Assembly: GCF_026571515.1 (NCBI RefSeq) | Contig: NW_026864055.1 | Span: 124,001-188,000, forward strand | Direction: 5' to 3' | Length of the DNA stretch: 64,000 nucleotides | From: Ruditapes philippinarum | Lineage: Eukaryota | In this document: positions 10,839-25,530 of the stretch, in pieces | Layout: the number at the start of each line of letters is the position of its first letter | How positions within the stretch are numbered: the stretch's first letter is position 1 | Translations under genes and position numbers: made by a program | The notes under the pieces: generated by a model | Told to the model about the DNA's origin: nothing | What the model saw: the letters and a program-made list of their open reading frames with translations, nothing else | The model's database searches: none

Positions 10839-13800
10839 GCCGCTAAAATCACACAAGTTCTGAAATTATTTCGATCTTCAATAAAAACGTACAAGTGCTG
10901 ACAAAAAATCAAATGAAATTTGTTTCAGGTATATTGTTTCAAACATGTTGTCATGCAAACAGATTTTTTTCTGCTTGTATCGTATAGCTTATCATAAGCA
11001 CATATTTATAGATAGATTCATTATACTATAACCGTTTTAGAATAATTTTTACAAAATAAAAATATTTTCAAACACGAAAAATATGAACGCACAATCAAAT
11101 TGTTGTTCTTGTGATGTGTATTCCATATTTGTTACTTTAACGTCATATACCAAATATGATGACAACTTACATTTATCTACATAAGTGTCATTGGAAGCTT
11201 AATACTCCAGATGTATATTTTTAGCTTCAGGTACAGACTTTCTCGATAGATATCAGACGTTTAAATCATATATCCAAGTCAAAATAACACTAGATCAATA
11301 TAAAGGTCGAAAAATATTTTAAAACAGTGAATTCTTATAAGTCACTCTTGCAATATAGTTAGACTTTTAATAAAGATACCATATTTCTTTATGTAGCATA
11401 AGTACAAGTTTTTGCTAAACGCGTGCTAATAATAAGACTAAATATAAATAGAAAGTAACTAAATGAACGGACTAAAACAACGAAATCAAGATCTCTTTAA
11501 TTTACAATTGCAAATTATTTACATAATGTCATATATGTTAAACAATGTTATTTTATTTACGGAAGTAAAGACATTCAAGTCTTAGTTTTACAATCTGTAT
11601 GTGGGAATTTTCAACATGAAATAAATCAACACACTCGTTCGAGTTTAACTGAAATTATATGCATTAAGTATGAAATGCTTATGTTAAAAGTTAAACCTTT
11701 TCAAACGTCTAAGGTTCATTTAAGCAAATTAAAAAGGTAATAAAGGAATGAGTATTATCCAGAGGAAACAATTTATGTGTTCCTTTTACGTTTCTTAATT
11801 ATTTTAGACAATTCAGAAGATTAGAGAAGAAAACTATGACTTTCCCTTTAGATAAAATTTAAAAGCAAAACCAACGTATTTTAACATAACCTTGCCAAAT
11901 GTCAGCTATATTAGGTCGTAAAATTATTCAAATGTTTGAAAAGTTATGGATCCTCGACACGACAATACTGTCAACACCATTCAATGTCTTTATTACTGTA
12001 GAAAAATACTCAATATTCGTAACAATAAGGAAATGTGACTGACTAATGTGTGATTCAAGTGTACTTCAATTATATTGAATCCTCTAGTATAACAAATTTC
12101 ATAACAAATAAGAGTGTGTTTAAACAGAAAAATAGATTTTCCAATGCGTCTAAGCGCATTATTTTCGCAAATTGTGAGTCATTTTCGTAAAACGAGATAA
12201 TTGTTTGTATACTAGAAATTTTAATTAAATAATAAAATAATAAATTATATAATGTGCATATAGAAAAAAAGTTCCAATAAAACATCATTTTATAACTGCA
12301 TGTTTCGATAGCTAGTTATCTATGATAATAATAATATCAGTCAAATCATAAGTAGGTCTGATCCGTGTGTTTTAGTTATACAAATAACGTTTTAAAGCAT
12401 TTTTCTTCAAATGAAAGGCATGAAAACGTATAGAAGGTTCAAACTTCACTTAAAACAAACTATCATATTAAGTATTTCTGAACATGTTATATTTACATCT
12501 TTTTAATCAATTCTCTTTACTAGAGATAAATGACAACAAAAAAGTTTTTGTCAACTAAAACAAACTTCTAAATTCTTACTACTACAATTTTATGTTCGTA
12601 ATATCGTTAACATTGATATGTACTCGTGTTGAAGATTGCATACTGTGAAAGCCGCCGTTGTGCTTGTAGAAACTTTTGCAGTTTTTAGCTTTTATCTCCT
12701 TCCATAAACACTGTCAACAAACTGAGTCGTATTCTAGCTTTTTGTTGATTCTAATGGATCTCTTTTTTAGCGTATCTGATCATAAATACTTTAACATTTT
12801 AGAACATATATTTTCGCAGATTCCCGGAGTTGGAATTGTTGCTTTGTCTATACTTTATCTTACAAAAAGCAATACAATATTCAGACATATTTGACAATCT
12901 AGTTAGCTACCGATTTTCTATTTTTCTTTAAATAAATAAAGATCATTTTTCATTTTCCTTTTACAAATGACAGTTAAACAAAAGTTTTCAATTATCCATT
13001 AAAATTGTCATAAATCAAAGCCTCTTTCTTTTTTTCTACTGCTCATTACTTAAAAACGTACGCTTCTGCTTGTTTTATCTAAGAACAACTTACAGTCCCA
13101 TTTTTTGTTTAAGATGATTTTTAAAATCTTTTAAATGGCTTAAAATGTTATAAAGATATTTAATAAGTTAATTGTATTATTCTTATATATAACTCATCTG
13201 AGAAATGGTACGTGAAAAAAATAACTCGAATTACTTTATGATGTTAAATGTACTTTTTCTGTGTGTACTGCATTACATAACCAATAAAATCAATTTTAAT
13301 ATTGCAAGAGCAAAATGGGGAATACATTTGCTTTTAAAAACTGTTTCTATTATATAATAAATCAACATAGATTTTACAATGGAGGACAGATATTTTCACC
13401 ACAAACATGTACAAAGAAACCGGCGAATACTAGGAAAATGTATTCACTCCTTTATCAGATTTCAAAATGATCTTTAAAACAACAATTTACGAAATTTCCT
13501 GATTTGTTCTTTACGATAAAGTAATAAAATATATATGTCACCAGCACATAACCATGCAACCCTGTTCATCCCTTCCTTTATCTTCGAAGGGGGTGTAACA
13601 CAAAACTAGGTAAATTCATTACAGACACAACAATCGTCTGTTAAGTGTTAACAGACAATACAACTGGTTCAATGACAAATCATCTGTCATGTTAAATAAT
13701 TATCGTTAATTGAAGCAATACATTAGCCAAGACAAGAGTAGATCTGCATTGACTTTTCTCTGTCAATATCAAGCTTTGGTAGGTAAGTTTTATAAAAAGA

Positions 13801-16800
13801 ATTCCGTGATTGATCTGAGAATGTTTGAATGTAAATAGAGAAACTGAACTTAGTTTCATGTCTAAGTATCGATATCATATCTTTAATGGTATACACATTT
13901 TGTTCTCCATAGAATCCATTATTTTGAATAGATTGGTCACCCAATAAAATGTGCCAATGTTATCAATTGCAATTTTCAATATAAAGTGATAAACATTACG
14001 TGAAAGTCATTATAACGTGACAATTCATAAGGTAATTTCACATTTATTGTAAATTGGACAATTGAAAAAATGTCAATACTAGTTCATTCTATATTATAAA
14101 CCCCGATAATGGCATTTTAATCAGTTCACACACGTGTTAATTGAAAGGCCACGTGCTAATAAATAGAATGATTCTATTAAAGTCTATGTCATTACTAAGG
14201 AATTATATCACATTGTTAAAATGTAAATAAATATTTTTTGAAAGCATAACGTGAGATATCCAATGTGATATGGCATTTGGCTTTCATGATTTAACAAAGC
14301 TTCTATAATGTATTTAAGAAAGGAAAATCCAGAAACTGAAAGCAATGTAACATATACGAGAATATAAAAAAATCAGCTTCCGCAATAAAGATAGTAAGGG
14401 TTAAGTTGTGCTTGTCTTGTAACATCGACACAAAAAGAATTTATTATGTTCTGTGTATCAATAGAAAAATAAACCGCCGTAAAAGTATCAACAATTCAAA
14501 CTATGATAATGTTCTTTTTTTATACATATTACCTTTAATGTCCTTTAAAACACGTCAAGCATTAAGTTTTTAACATTATTTTGTAGGTGGTAATCCGATA
14601 TAAAGAAATCTGTCAATAATATTATTTTGAGAAACTGGAATAATGTTACAACGTCATTCTTATTAAATAGTCAATAAAAAGAACATGTAGTGTAAAATCA
14701 AACATCCGTTTGCCACTTTAATACTCGTTTATGTAAAACTAGCTTCAATATTTGAAATATAACAGACTTTAGCCTATATTTGTTGTTTAGATACTTTTTA
14801 TATATCTTAATACAATTAATTAATTTTTAATTTTGTAAGACTTTGTATGATATCGTTCTAAATGAAAACAATAAATAACCCTTCTTTGATAATGAACCCC
14901 CAAAACATATGTTGAAATTTACATTTATACTCGAATTGTTACAGAGAAAAGGATTTGTGCAATTTATATAGTAACCTACATGTGCATCTAAATACAAATT
15001 TAAAGTATCTATGAAACGATTCGAATGAACTTTATAATAACAGTAATAGAATTTCATAAATTATGTTAAAAAAACATAGAAAATGATGTAACGTTTTTAG
15101 TAACAAAATTAAAAAAAATTTTTATATCACATTTGGCTAAACAATAGCTTTTATTTTAACACTTTTGGTCTGTCATTGACAATATATAACAAATGAATGC
15201 ATTCATACTGTACATGAGTTAGATTAAAATTAAAATGCTAACTTTCTTTTGCTTATTTCTCGACAATTTGTTAAAACAAATTCCAGCAAATATGTTTAAC
15301 ATCACAATCATTTAGCATCGTTCAGTTGCACAACGAATTGCATTGAAATGTCATTAAAGAATTTATTTGAAAGGAACATTTCTATATTATTTATATTGAT
15401 GAAAATACAGATTTAACTTACGAAAATAGTTTTGTATCTTTCGCTTTTTCCTCATACATGCCATACTAATACACAATTATTTATCATCCGATATAAAACT
15501 TTAGAGTTTCTTTGAGAAAATACCATGAAACAAAATATTCAATATTTCACTCACATACTCCTTTTATACGAGCGCGAAGTATTCCATCTGACTGAATTCA
15601 ATTTGAAAATCCAGTATCGCGTGTTCTCTGACACAAACTTCAATAATTACCGGTAACTAGATAGTAACACCAGCTGCTGCATACACGTATCTATTATGTT
15701 TACAGATTGTATAACCTATCGATAGACCCATAGAGGACACACTCCTTATCTCATTGTAGTAAACAAATTGTTTGTATTCTGGTTAGACATTATATTAAAA
15801 CAATCTAGTCTTATTGCATTTGATTTTAAAGTAATAAAATGCTTTACATATACATGTATTTGCATGTAGCTATAAACAACATATTCATAAGATAAGACAA
15901 AAAAACCATAAACTATCGATTTAATGCAACAAGACGCGTAGCATTATCGTTTGAACAATAATGTCCGACTGCACAAACAACGATGTGATGATTGATATCA
16001 GTCATTATCGGTCATGGTCATTTGTCTCTCACCTCTGCTTAAGAAATATCATGTGTGATTAGTGGTAGGCCATTTGCGCAGAAATTGACATCAGAGACAC
16101 CGAATGACGTGACCCAAATTTCGAGATATGAACAAAATTGTGTTGAAATCAACGTAAACACCGGACAGATATACAAACAAAGAGACAAACAAACAAACTT
16201 TTCACGTATGACAGGGCATAAAGTAAATCAAAGCACAGAAGGCGCTGAATTTGTTTGGGTATCAGAATGTCAGAAGGTGAAGGTTGTGATATTATAAACC
16301 ATTTCGTTTTTGTATAGTGCCACCAATGCTTTCCAGCGTTTTAATTATAGTAAATTGGCTATAAGACTAATTGCAACACTGATATTCAATGCATTGTTTA
16401 TTTGACTTAAACAATTTGAAAAAATAAATGAGTTGCCTTAACTCCAGACCTTTCGCTTCCTAAGCGAGCGGGCAAACCCCTCGGCCACATTGAAGTTATA
16501 TGGTAACGGCCTGAAGAAAACCATATTATTCTAAATGAGGGTTTGCAATCCTTATTGTTTCGACGCTAACTATTGTTAAACACAGATGTTAATAGTCATG
16601 GAGCTTACTATAAGCATGTATATCTATAAAGAATAAAACAATATTAGAAATCTTCGACCATTCGGGAACTATTTTGCTTGAAAATTAATGCGCCTGTCAT
16701 TTGACCATCTTTACGCAGTAATCTCCCCTGAATATTTCGGCGTTAGTGTACATATAAAGGGAAGTAACCGCTTCAAAAAAGCGGACTACTTTCGGCATTT

Positions 16801-18376
16801 GCAATTAACAGTATCAGGGTCTGAAATTTCGCTACCATTGTTTGTTTGGTCTGACGACCCAAACAAATAAAAAGGAGGTTACACTCAGATATTCATCAAC
16901 ACCACTAAATAGAAAAAACAGATATCGTGCCTTATGTAAATGGCTAAAGAATATATTCTTTCCTCATGCTAAAGTCTCTTTAATTGCAAATGATTTTTTA
17001 ACCGTCTGTTTATATTTGAATTCCGGAAATTAAAACTGCTGATACTAATTTTTGGGATATTAAAATTCTAATTATCTGTTGCAAACAGCAGAGATGTTCG
17101 TTTTGTCACGCTCAAAATAACGTTACACTTTTTAAAAGTAAGGGTGATTTTGTTAAATTTTCGTATTACTCGATATCGGCAAAAGGATGTTGACACTTTG
17201 AAAAGGAAACCAAGCTGAATCATGTTTACAGTTTTAAATTTGCCAATTTGGAAGCATATAGTCGTTCTTGTTCTTCACACCTTGCTCTGTATCCGTAATA
17301 ACTATCTTGTGCCACAAGTTTGAATTTATATTGTCATAAATATGCGCAATATTTTCTTTAATGAGTTAGTGTTAATTGGCATGATTTGAATAGCAAGGAC
17401 ATCAGAAAATGCATCATTACCATATGAAAATGTTCATATTGTGCTTACGTTCTGATTGTTATTTTTCACATACAATGTAGTTATGACCCCTTCGTGATAC
17501 ATGCTGTTCTTAAAACTCATCTCTTTTTCGAATGTGTCGTTCTTTTTTTCATTTAAGTGTCAGTTACAAACAATATATTCTTAATAAAATATGACATACA
17601 AGATCAACAAGGAAAGGCGGCGTTCAATGAACGCAACTCATTTTTATCATGCACATTTCTCTAAAAGATAGTTCGGGAAATAATATAAATAACTCTTAAA
17701 TCTTAAATTTCTCCCATTGAAGTTGGTCTTTGGTTTATGACCAAATACAAATTGATATTATCGGAAACAAATATACCGCACGCAAATTAACCAGAACAAA
17801 TTCTGAATTGAATAAAAGTGTATTTACTTACTGCATTGTACAAATAAATCAATCGATTAGACGTTGAACTAAGCGTACTTCACATATTACGATGGTAAAG
17901 CTGAAGAATAAAATAATTCATGGTGCGCGATGATCTAGCTGTAAATTTGCCTGTTTCCCAACGCAGATTTATGGGTACGAGCCCTACTCAAAGCCATATT
18001 TTCCTTATATGACACAAGTACCAGTAAGTTAAATAATATTACTCAAAATGATCTTTACAATAAGCAATTGTTTCATTATCTTGCGTATTACGTCAGCTAT
18101 TTGAAATGCAGAAGAGAGCCCAAGTAAAAATGCCGAGGACTTTCCACTGAATTTAGACTGAAAAAAATCTTTGATTTAAAATGTTTAATCACATTTCACT
18201 TAGATTGATAATAGTGAGAATATTTAAACGTTATTTCTGAATTCCATTCATTATTTATACAGGCGTATATGGAAAATTGCTTCTATTCCTAGTGCACATC
18301 AATTTTGCAATGCGGTTCCGCTCAGGCGTGACTGTTAAAATAAAAATGATGCAGATCGGTTTAATTGAGACTGCAG
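10839..18376. repeat. ~8 kb tandem duplication, unit 2 (about 1 kb deletion near 11925; HINE insertion)
   Basis: Colinear with unit 1. It jumps from gtcgtaaaa to caaatgtttg and lacks the equivalent of ~3355-4345. Confidence 0.95.
16228..16868 (-). mobile_element. Non-autonomous Helentron-associated (HINE/DINE-like) element
   Basis: Subterminal IRs atttgtttgggt (16249-16260) and acccaaacaaat (16857-16868), inner IR tttgtttgg, short terminal hairpin tcaaagcac..gcgctga. Inserted in an A-run without TSD; absent from the other units. Confidence 0.75.
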
Positions 18377-19051
18377 GCCGCTAAAATCACACAAAATCTG
18401 AAAATATTTCGATCTTCAATAAAAACGTACAAGTGTTGAAAAAATCAAATGAAATTTGTTTCAGGTATATTGTTTCAAACATGTTGTCATGCCAACAGAT
18501 TTTTTCTGCTTGTATCGTAATAAATTTTACAAAATACTATTTTCAAACACGAAAAATAAGTAAGAATATGAACACACAATCAAATTGTTGTGCTTGTGAT
18601 GTGTATGCCATATTAGTAACTTTAACGTCATATACCAAATATGGTGACAACTAACATCTATCTACGTAAGTGTCATTTGGAGCTTAATAATCCAGTTGTA
18701 TATTTTTAGCTTCAGGTACAGACTTTCTCGATAGATACCAGACGTTTAAATTCTTTTATATCTAGGATAGTCAAAATAGGACTAGATCAATATAAAGTTC
18801 GTAAAATATATTAAAACAGTGAATTCTTATAAGTCACTCTTGCAATATAGTTAGACTTTTATTAAAGACATCATATTTCTTTATATAGCATATTGTTATC
18901 TTAAACAATATAAAGTTTCTGCTATACGCGTTCTAATAATTAGACTAATTTTAAATAGAAAGTAATTAAATGAACGGACTAAAACAATGAAATCAACATC
19001 CTGCTTAAATCAGTCTTTACTTTACAATTGCAAATTATTTACATAATGTCA

Positions 19052-21330
19052 GTATATTGTTGCCAAAGCAAAAAGGAATATTTTACTATTACACTGGATG
19101 AGAACAAAAATGACTCAACCTCTTTATGGAAAACTGTTAAAAATCTTGGTTTGCCTTCCAAGAAGGGTTCATCTTCAACCAGTTCAAATATTTGTTTAAA
19201 TATTGATGATAATGTGTGTTTTGAAAAGAAACTTATTGCTGAATCATTTAACAAATTTTATACAACAGTTGCATGTAAACTTGTTGAAAAGTTGCCAGAA
19301 AGTATGCATAAATTTGGTACGAATTTTGTTAATACTTTTTATGCAAACAAGGGTGTTTTTGCAAACAGTTTTTCTTTTTCCATTGTTTCTGAAAGTAAAG
19401 TTCTTAAATACTTAACTTCATTAGGTGTCAAAAAAGCTACTGGCTTAGATGGTATACCCTCACGTTTTATCAGAGATGGATCCCCAGTTATTGCTAGTCC
19501 ATTAGCTCATATCATAAACTTATTCCTTATCCAAGGGTCAAGTCCCTGATGATCTTAAATCTGCAAGAGTTGTCCCCCTCTATAAAAAGAACGACAAATT
19601 GTCTGTTGGTAATTACCGGCCTGTGTCCATTTTTAAAATGTTGTATCTAAAATCCTTGAAAAGGTGGTTTATGACCAGGTTGAAGCTTATTTTAAGGATA
19701 AAGATCTGCTGTATAAATTTCAATCAGGTTTCAGAGGTAGCTTCTCTACTGATACTTGTCTGATTCACCTTACAGACTTTATCAGGTATGAAATGATAAA
19801 GGTAATGTTGTTGGTATGGTGCTGCCTGGATTTGCAGAAAGCGTTTGACACAGTCGACCATTCCATTCTTTTAATGAAACTGCAAGCATCAGGTCTTAGT
19901 ATTGACGTCCTTAAATTGGTTCAAATCATATTTATCAGATAGACAGTAGCTTGTAGATGTCTCTGGTACTTATTCTTCCAATTCAAAAATAACATGTGGT
20001 GTTTTTCCTCAGGGCTCAATCCTTGGACCCCTTCTCTTTTTAATTTATGTAAAATGATATGTCAGCTGTGGTCAAAAATAAATTGCTTTTGTATGCTGAT
20101 GAGTTGGTAATCCTTGTATCTGGTAAAAGTTTATCTGTTGTTGAAAAGGCATTGACAGATGATATGGAATTGGTCAGCCAATGTTAGTGGGACAATAAGT
20201 TTGTCATTGCACTTGGGTAAAACCGAGTCAATTTTATTTGGGTCCAGGAAAAGCTTAGGTCACAATTCTAACCTGTTCTGGTAAAAAACATCCATATAAT
20301 CAACCTTCACAATTATCAAGTATCTTGGGATTACTATAGACCAAAATCTGTCATTTTGCGCCATGGGCCGAGTCTGTTCTTAAGAAGGCCAAATCTCTAC
20401 CGGTTAAAATTTCTTTACCGCAAGAAAGAGTTTCTTACTCAGCATACCAAGAAACTTCTGGTTATGTCTCTTATTCAGTGTCACTATGATTACGCATGCT
20501 CTGTTTGGTATAAATAAGCTTGACACAGTCTTTAAAAAATAAGTTAACACACTTGTCGGAAATATAATAATGAGATTTGTACTTGACTTGGACTCCCGAG
20601 CCCACATTGACCCATCCCACTTTAAGTCCCTTAACTGGTTACCGGTCCACAAAAGAGTTGAACAGATAATGTTGTGTCATGTTTTTTAAGATGTAAAAAT
20701 GGCCTATCTCCGGATAACATGTCTGAACAACTTTATTTCACAAGATTCCATCATAATTATAGTACAAGACTTAGTCAAAAGGGTGGATATTGTCTACCTA
20801 AGGTCAAAGGCCAGGGTTCTAAATCCTTTGCTTTCTCTGGTATTATGGAATGATTTACCTGTAAAGTTAACGGAGATCAACAGGTTACAAAGTTTTAAGG
20901 TTGCCATAAAAAGTCATCTTATGAACAGTATTTAAAAATTGTTTAAACATGTTTTTACCTATTTCGGCTCAGGATTTTAAATTGTCTGCTATTTATCTTA
21001 TTAAAATTTTAGTAATGTGTTTTAAATCCTAGCTGTAAACAGGAGTATCATTAACTCAAGATTTGACTGTGATATACATTTTTATGATTTATTAGTTTTT
21101 TTTAAACATGATTATATTTAGGTTTGCCTCTCTATGTCATGCCGCCAATACAAAGGACCACAATGGAAATAAGAGCTTTTTTGCCCTTTTTTGTGTTATC
21201 CTTGGTTTTGGTGAGCATGTCGTAGTTTTACTCGTATGTGATATAGTATTTAATAATGCTCATTATTTTATCCTATGTTATATTGTCAACTATGTATATG
21301 CTTCCTTTGCCGAAATAAATCTATCTATCT
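19052..21330 (+). mobile_element. 5'-truncated CR1/L2-group LINE, frameshifted ORF2 reverse transcriptase
   Basis: Motifs KATGLDGIP, NYRPVS, QSGFRGSFSTDTCL, LDLQKAFDTVDH, PQGSILGPLLF, LYAD. Tail aataaa(tcta)n. TSD atgtca at 19046-19051 and 21331-21336. Empty site acataatgtcatatatg in the other units. Confidence 0.96.
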
Positions 21331-23194
21331 ATGTCATATATGTTAAACAATGTTATTTTCTTTACGTAAGTAAAGACATTCATGTATTAGTTTTACAATC
21401 TGTATGTGGGAATTTTCAAGAAATTATATGCATTAAGTATGAAATGCTAATGTTTAAAGTAAAACCTTTGCAAACGTCTTAGCTTCATTTAAACTAATGA
21501 AAAAGGCAATAGAGGAATGAGCATTATTAATGTGTTCCTTTTACGTTTCTTAATTATTTTAGACAATTCAGTAGATAAGAGAATAAAAGAAACTATGACT
21601 TTCCCTTGAAATAAAATTTAAAGACAAAACAAACACCTTTTAACATAACCTTGCCAAATGTCAGCTATGTTAGGTCGTAAAAAGGTTGCGCAATGAACTG
21701 TATGTAAACGTTAACTCTCTAAAGTGCAATTGTTTTAATGTATTGACTAAACATTGTGGTGGTCCAAGTAAACAAATGTTAATCCATTTAGTTTATCTAC
21801 ATTTTTGATGCATTTATCTCATTATGTCTATATTTTCACAGCAATTCTAGTTGAAAAAATCATTGATTTTTGTGAACAAATATTCTGATGCTCAAATGGC
21901 TCTTTGGACACGAAATCTATTGAAGGTATATAACAAAACCAATTTATATTGTTTTTTTGTTTTTTTTATTATTTTTAAAAGGCTTTTGATAATATTTACA
22001 GAAATGTCTTATGGCTTCAGTCATGATTGGTATTAGAGGTCTCCGCTATGAGGAGGTTATTTCACCGATAGCTTAGTGTTTTATTTTCTGTTTGTTTAAT
22101 GATAATGTTAAGTTATTCATAGAGCATTTACAGTGGAATTCAGTTGTTTTTTTTTCTTTTTTGCTAACGACATGGTTATTTTTATGATTCACCAGAACTG
22201 ATTACAAACATCTAAATCTTCTTTATATATATCGTTAAAAACTGGAATTTCAATGATAATATTGAGGAAACTAAAGGATTTGTTTGAAATAAATTTACGT
22301 GTGTTTTAATTAAGCACTTTTGTAGTGGCCAGTATTGTTTGTCTATGTGAAATAGTAGTGTTAGTGTTAGAAGAAGTAAATGGTGCTGTTAATGTTAGTT
22401 GTTAATACTGTATCTATGAAAGATGAAGAAGTTATTTGTATTAGTTGCAGTTGAGTAGGTGATGACAATTTAATCTTCCAATATTAATATATTTCGTATT
22501 TACTTTTTCTTTATCATAAATGCTATTTGGTTTATACGTTTTTTATGAAATCTTTTTAAGTTTTAACGAAATATTATTTGTTTTTTATGAAATGTGATTT
22601 TTTAAGCGGATAAAAAATGTACCACATGTTTTCACTAAAGAGAGACCCTGTTGTCCAAATATAGCATCTGAATATATCCTCTGACATAAAACAAATGTTT
22701 AAATAGTTTCATTATATGTGACAATACTATCGACATCATTCACTGTCTTTATCACTGCAGAAAAATACTCAATATTCGTAACAATAAGAAAGTGTGACTG
22801 ACCAACGTGTGATTCAAGCGTACTTCAATGATATTGATTCCCCTAGTATAACAAATTACATAACAAATACGAGTGTGTTTAAACAGAAAAATAGATTTTC
22901 CGATGCGTTGAAGCGCATGATTGTCGCTTCTCGTAAATTGAGATAATTGCTTGTATACTAGTATTTGAATTAAATCATATATGTAATGTTTACATAGAAA
23001 AAAGTTCTAATAAATACTATTATATAACTGTTTCGATAGCTAGTTATCTATGATATTATTGTAAAAATCATAATATCAGTAATTCATTTGGTCCTGATCC
23101 GGGTGTGTTTTTAGTTATACAATTAACGTTGTATAGCACTTTTTTTTCAAATGAAAAACATGAAAACGTATAGAAGGTTTCAAACTTTACCTAA

Positions 23195-23341
23195 GGGATT
23201 TTTATTTATTTCTATTTTATCGCCACATCAGCATTGTTTGTGCCGTGTGGAGGCTGTAAAAAGTCGCCCCGTACATTCAGTCAGAGATATCCGATCCTTA
23301 AAAATCGTTCAGCACGACATTATTGTTGTGCTTGTGGTAAT
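23195..23341 (-). repeat. Inverted fragment of the 631-bp repeat family seen at 54344-55661
   Basis: cgttcagcacgacattattgttgtgcttgtggta and tttgtgccgtgtgg are reverse complements of the 54850-55000 sequence. Confidence 0.85.
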
Positions 23342-25459
23342 TAAGTCTTTTTTTTTATTTCCAATTACTAAAGAAAAATGCCAGTTAAAAAGTTTTGTAA
23401 AATGAAACAAACTTCTAAGTTCTTACTACAGCAATTTGTATACACATTATATCCTTGAATAACAATAATTAAGTTTAATACGTAATTGTGTTGAAGATTG
23501 AATACTGTGAAAGCCGCCGGTGTAGTTGTAGGAAATGTAACAGCTTTTAGCTTTTATCGTCTTCCATAACACTGTCAACAAACCGAGTCGTATTTATGTC
23601 TTTTTATTAATTTTAAAGGATCTTTAGTTCTTTAGGAATGTTACGTTCTTTTTTTTAGCGTATCTGATCGAAATTACTATTACATTTTAGAACAAATATT
23701 ATTGCAGATTCCCGTAGTTGGAATTGTTTCTTTGTCTATAATAAATCTGACAAAAAGCAGTACAATATTCAGACATATTTGTTTGACAATCTTGTTTGCC
23801 ACCCCTTTCTATTTTTCTTTAAATAAAGAAAGATCTATACCATTTTTAACTTTCCTCTTAAAATTGACAGTTAAACAGAAGTGTTCAAAATCCATTACAA
23901 AATTGTCATTTATCAAAGTCTCTTTCGTTTTTGTTTCTCATTGCTTAAAAAATGGTACGCTTCCGTTTGTTTTTTATCTGAGAACAACAGTCACATTTTT
24001 TGCTTAAGATTAATTTTCAAGTCTTTCAAATGGCTTTCAAATGTTATGAAGATTCTTCATAAGTTTATTGCCTATTTCTAAAATATAACCCATCTTAGAA
24101 TGGTATATGAAATAACAACGCGATTTAATATATGATGTTAAATGAACTTTTTCTGTGTGTTATGAAATTACATAAAACCAATTGAAATTCAATTTTTAAT
24201 GTTGCAAAATTAGTTTGCTTTTAAAAACTGTTTCATTCGATAGTAAAATCAATAGATATTTTACTAAAAAGAATAGATACTTTGACCACATAAAAAGAAA
24301 CCGACCGAAAGCTAGAAAAAAAATCTATTCACCCCTTTTCCAGATTCCAAAATGATTTTTGAAACAACAATTTACAAAAAAAAAGTTATCTCTTTTCACA
24401 ATTAACTGTTCATTATTTAGCCGTGCAAGCCTGTAATCTCCCCCTTAATCTTTGAAAGAGCAGTAACATTCTAAACCAGGCCAATTCATTACAGACATAC
24501 AGCGTCTGTTAAGGTAAACAGACAATACGACTGGTTCAATGACAAATCATCTGTCCTGTGAAATAATTATCGTTAATTGAAGCAATACATTAGCCAAGTC
24601 AAGAGCAGATCTATATTGACCTTTCTCTGTCAATGTCTAGCTTTAGTAGGTAAGTTTTTAAAAAATCTTTTATAATTGATAGGAATGTTTGAATATAAAA
24701 CCCGAGAAAAAAAAACTCAGTTTTTTTATGTCTTTAAATGTCAACAAACATAGAAAAATTTTTAAAAGGGATACTTTTTTTGGGTTTTCCATGCATTTCC
24801 TAATTTTTTAATAGGTTCTAGTCAATAAAACGGCCAATCTTATCAATTGCAATTTTCAATATCAGTTGATGATATTATGTGAAAGTCATTATAACACGAT
24901 AATACGTGTGATAAGTGCACAATTATTGTGAATTGGACAATTGAACAAATGTCAATACTAGTTCTTCCTATGTTTTAAGTTCGATAATGATATTATAATC
25001 AGTTCACACACGTGCAAATGGAAAGGTCACGTGTCACTTAAGTATATGTCATTACCTAGGAATAATATCACATTGTTATCAATGTAAATAAATATAACAT
25101 GATATATAATATGAAAGCATAACCTTTGAGATCATGTTAATGATATCCAGTATTGTACAAAATTGCTGTGTTTTCTATACATTGCAATTTGTTCAAGCTT
25201 TATTAAAGTCACAGATTTTCACAAATATTAATTTTTTACTACATACTTTTAAAATTACAAAATATTTTAAATTATGTTCAATACAAGTCCAGTTCCTGAT
25301 AGCATTTGGCGTTCATGATTTAATAAAGCTTCTGTAATGTGTTTGAGAAAGGACATTTCAGAAACTGAAAGCATTGATGAATATATTATGAAAATAAAAT
25401 AAATTCAGCTTCCGTAAAAAGGTCAAACGAGATATGCTGTGCTTGTATTGAAACATTTG

Positions 25460-25497
<38 letters not shown>

Positions 25498-25530
25498 GCA
25501 CGCGCACGCACACGCACACACACACACGCA
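25460..25530. repeat. (AC)n/(ACGC)n compound microsatellite
   Basis: Read directly. Confidence 0.97.
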
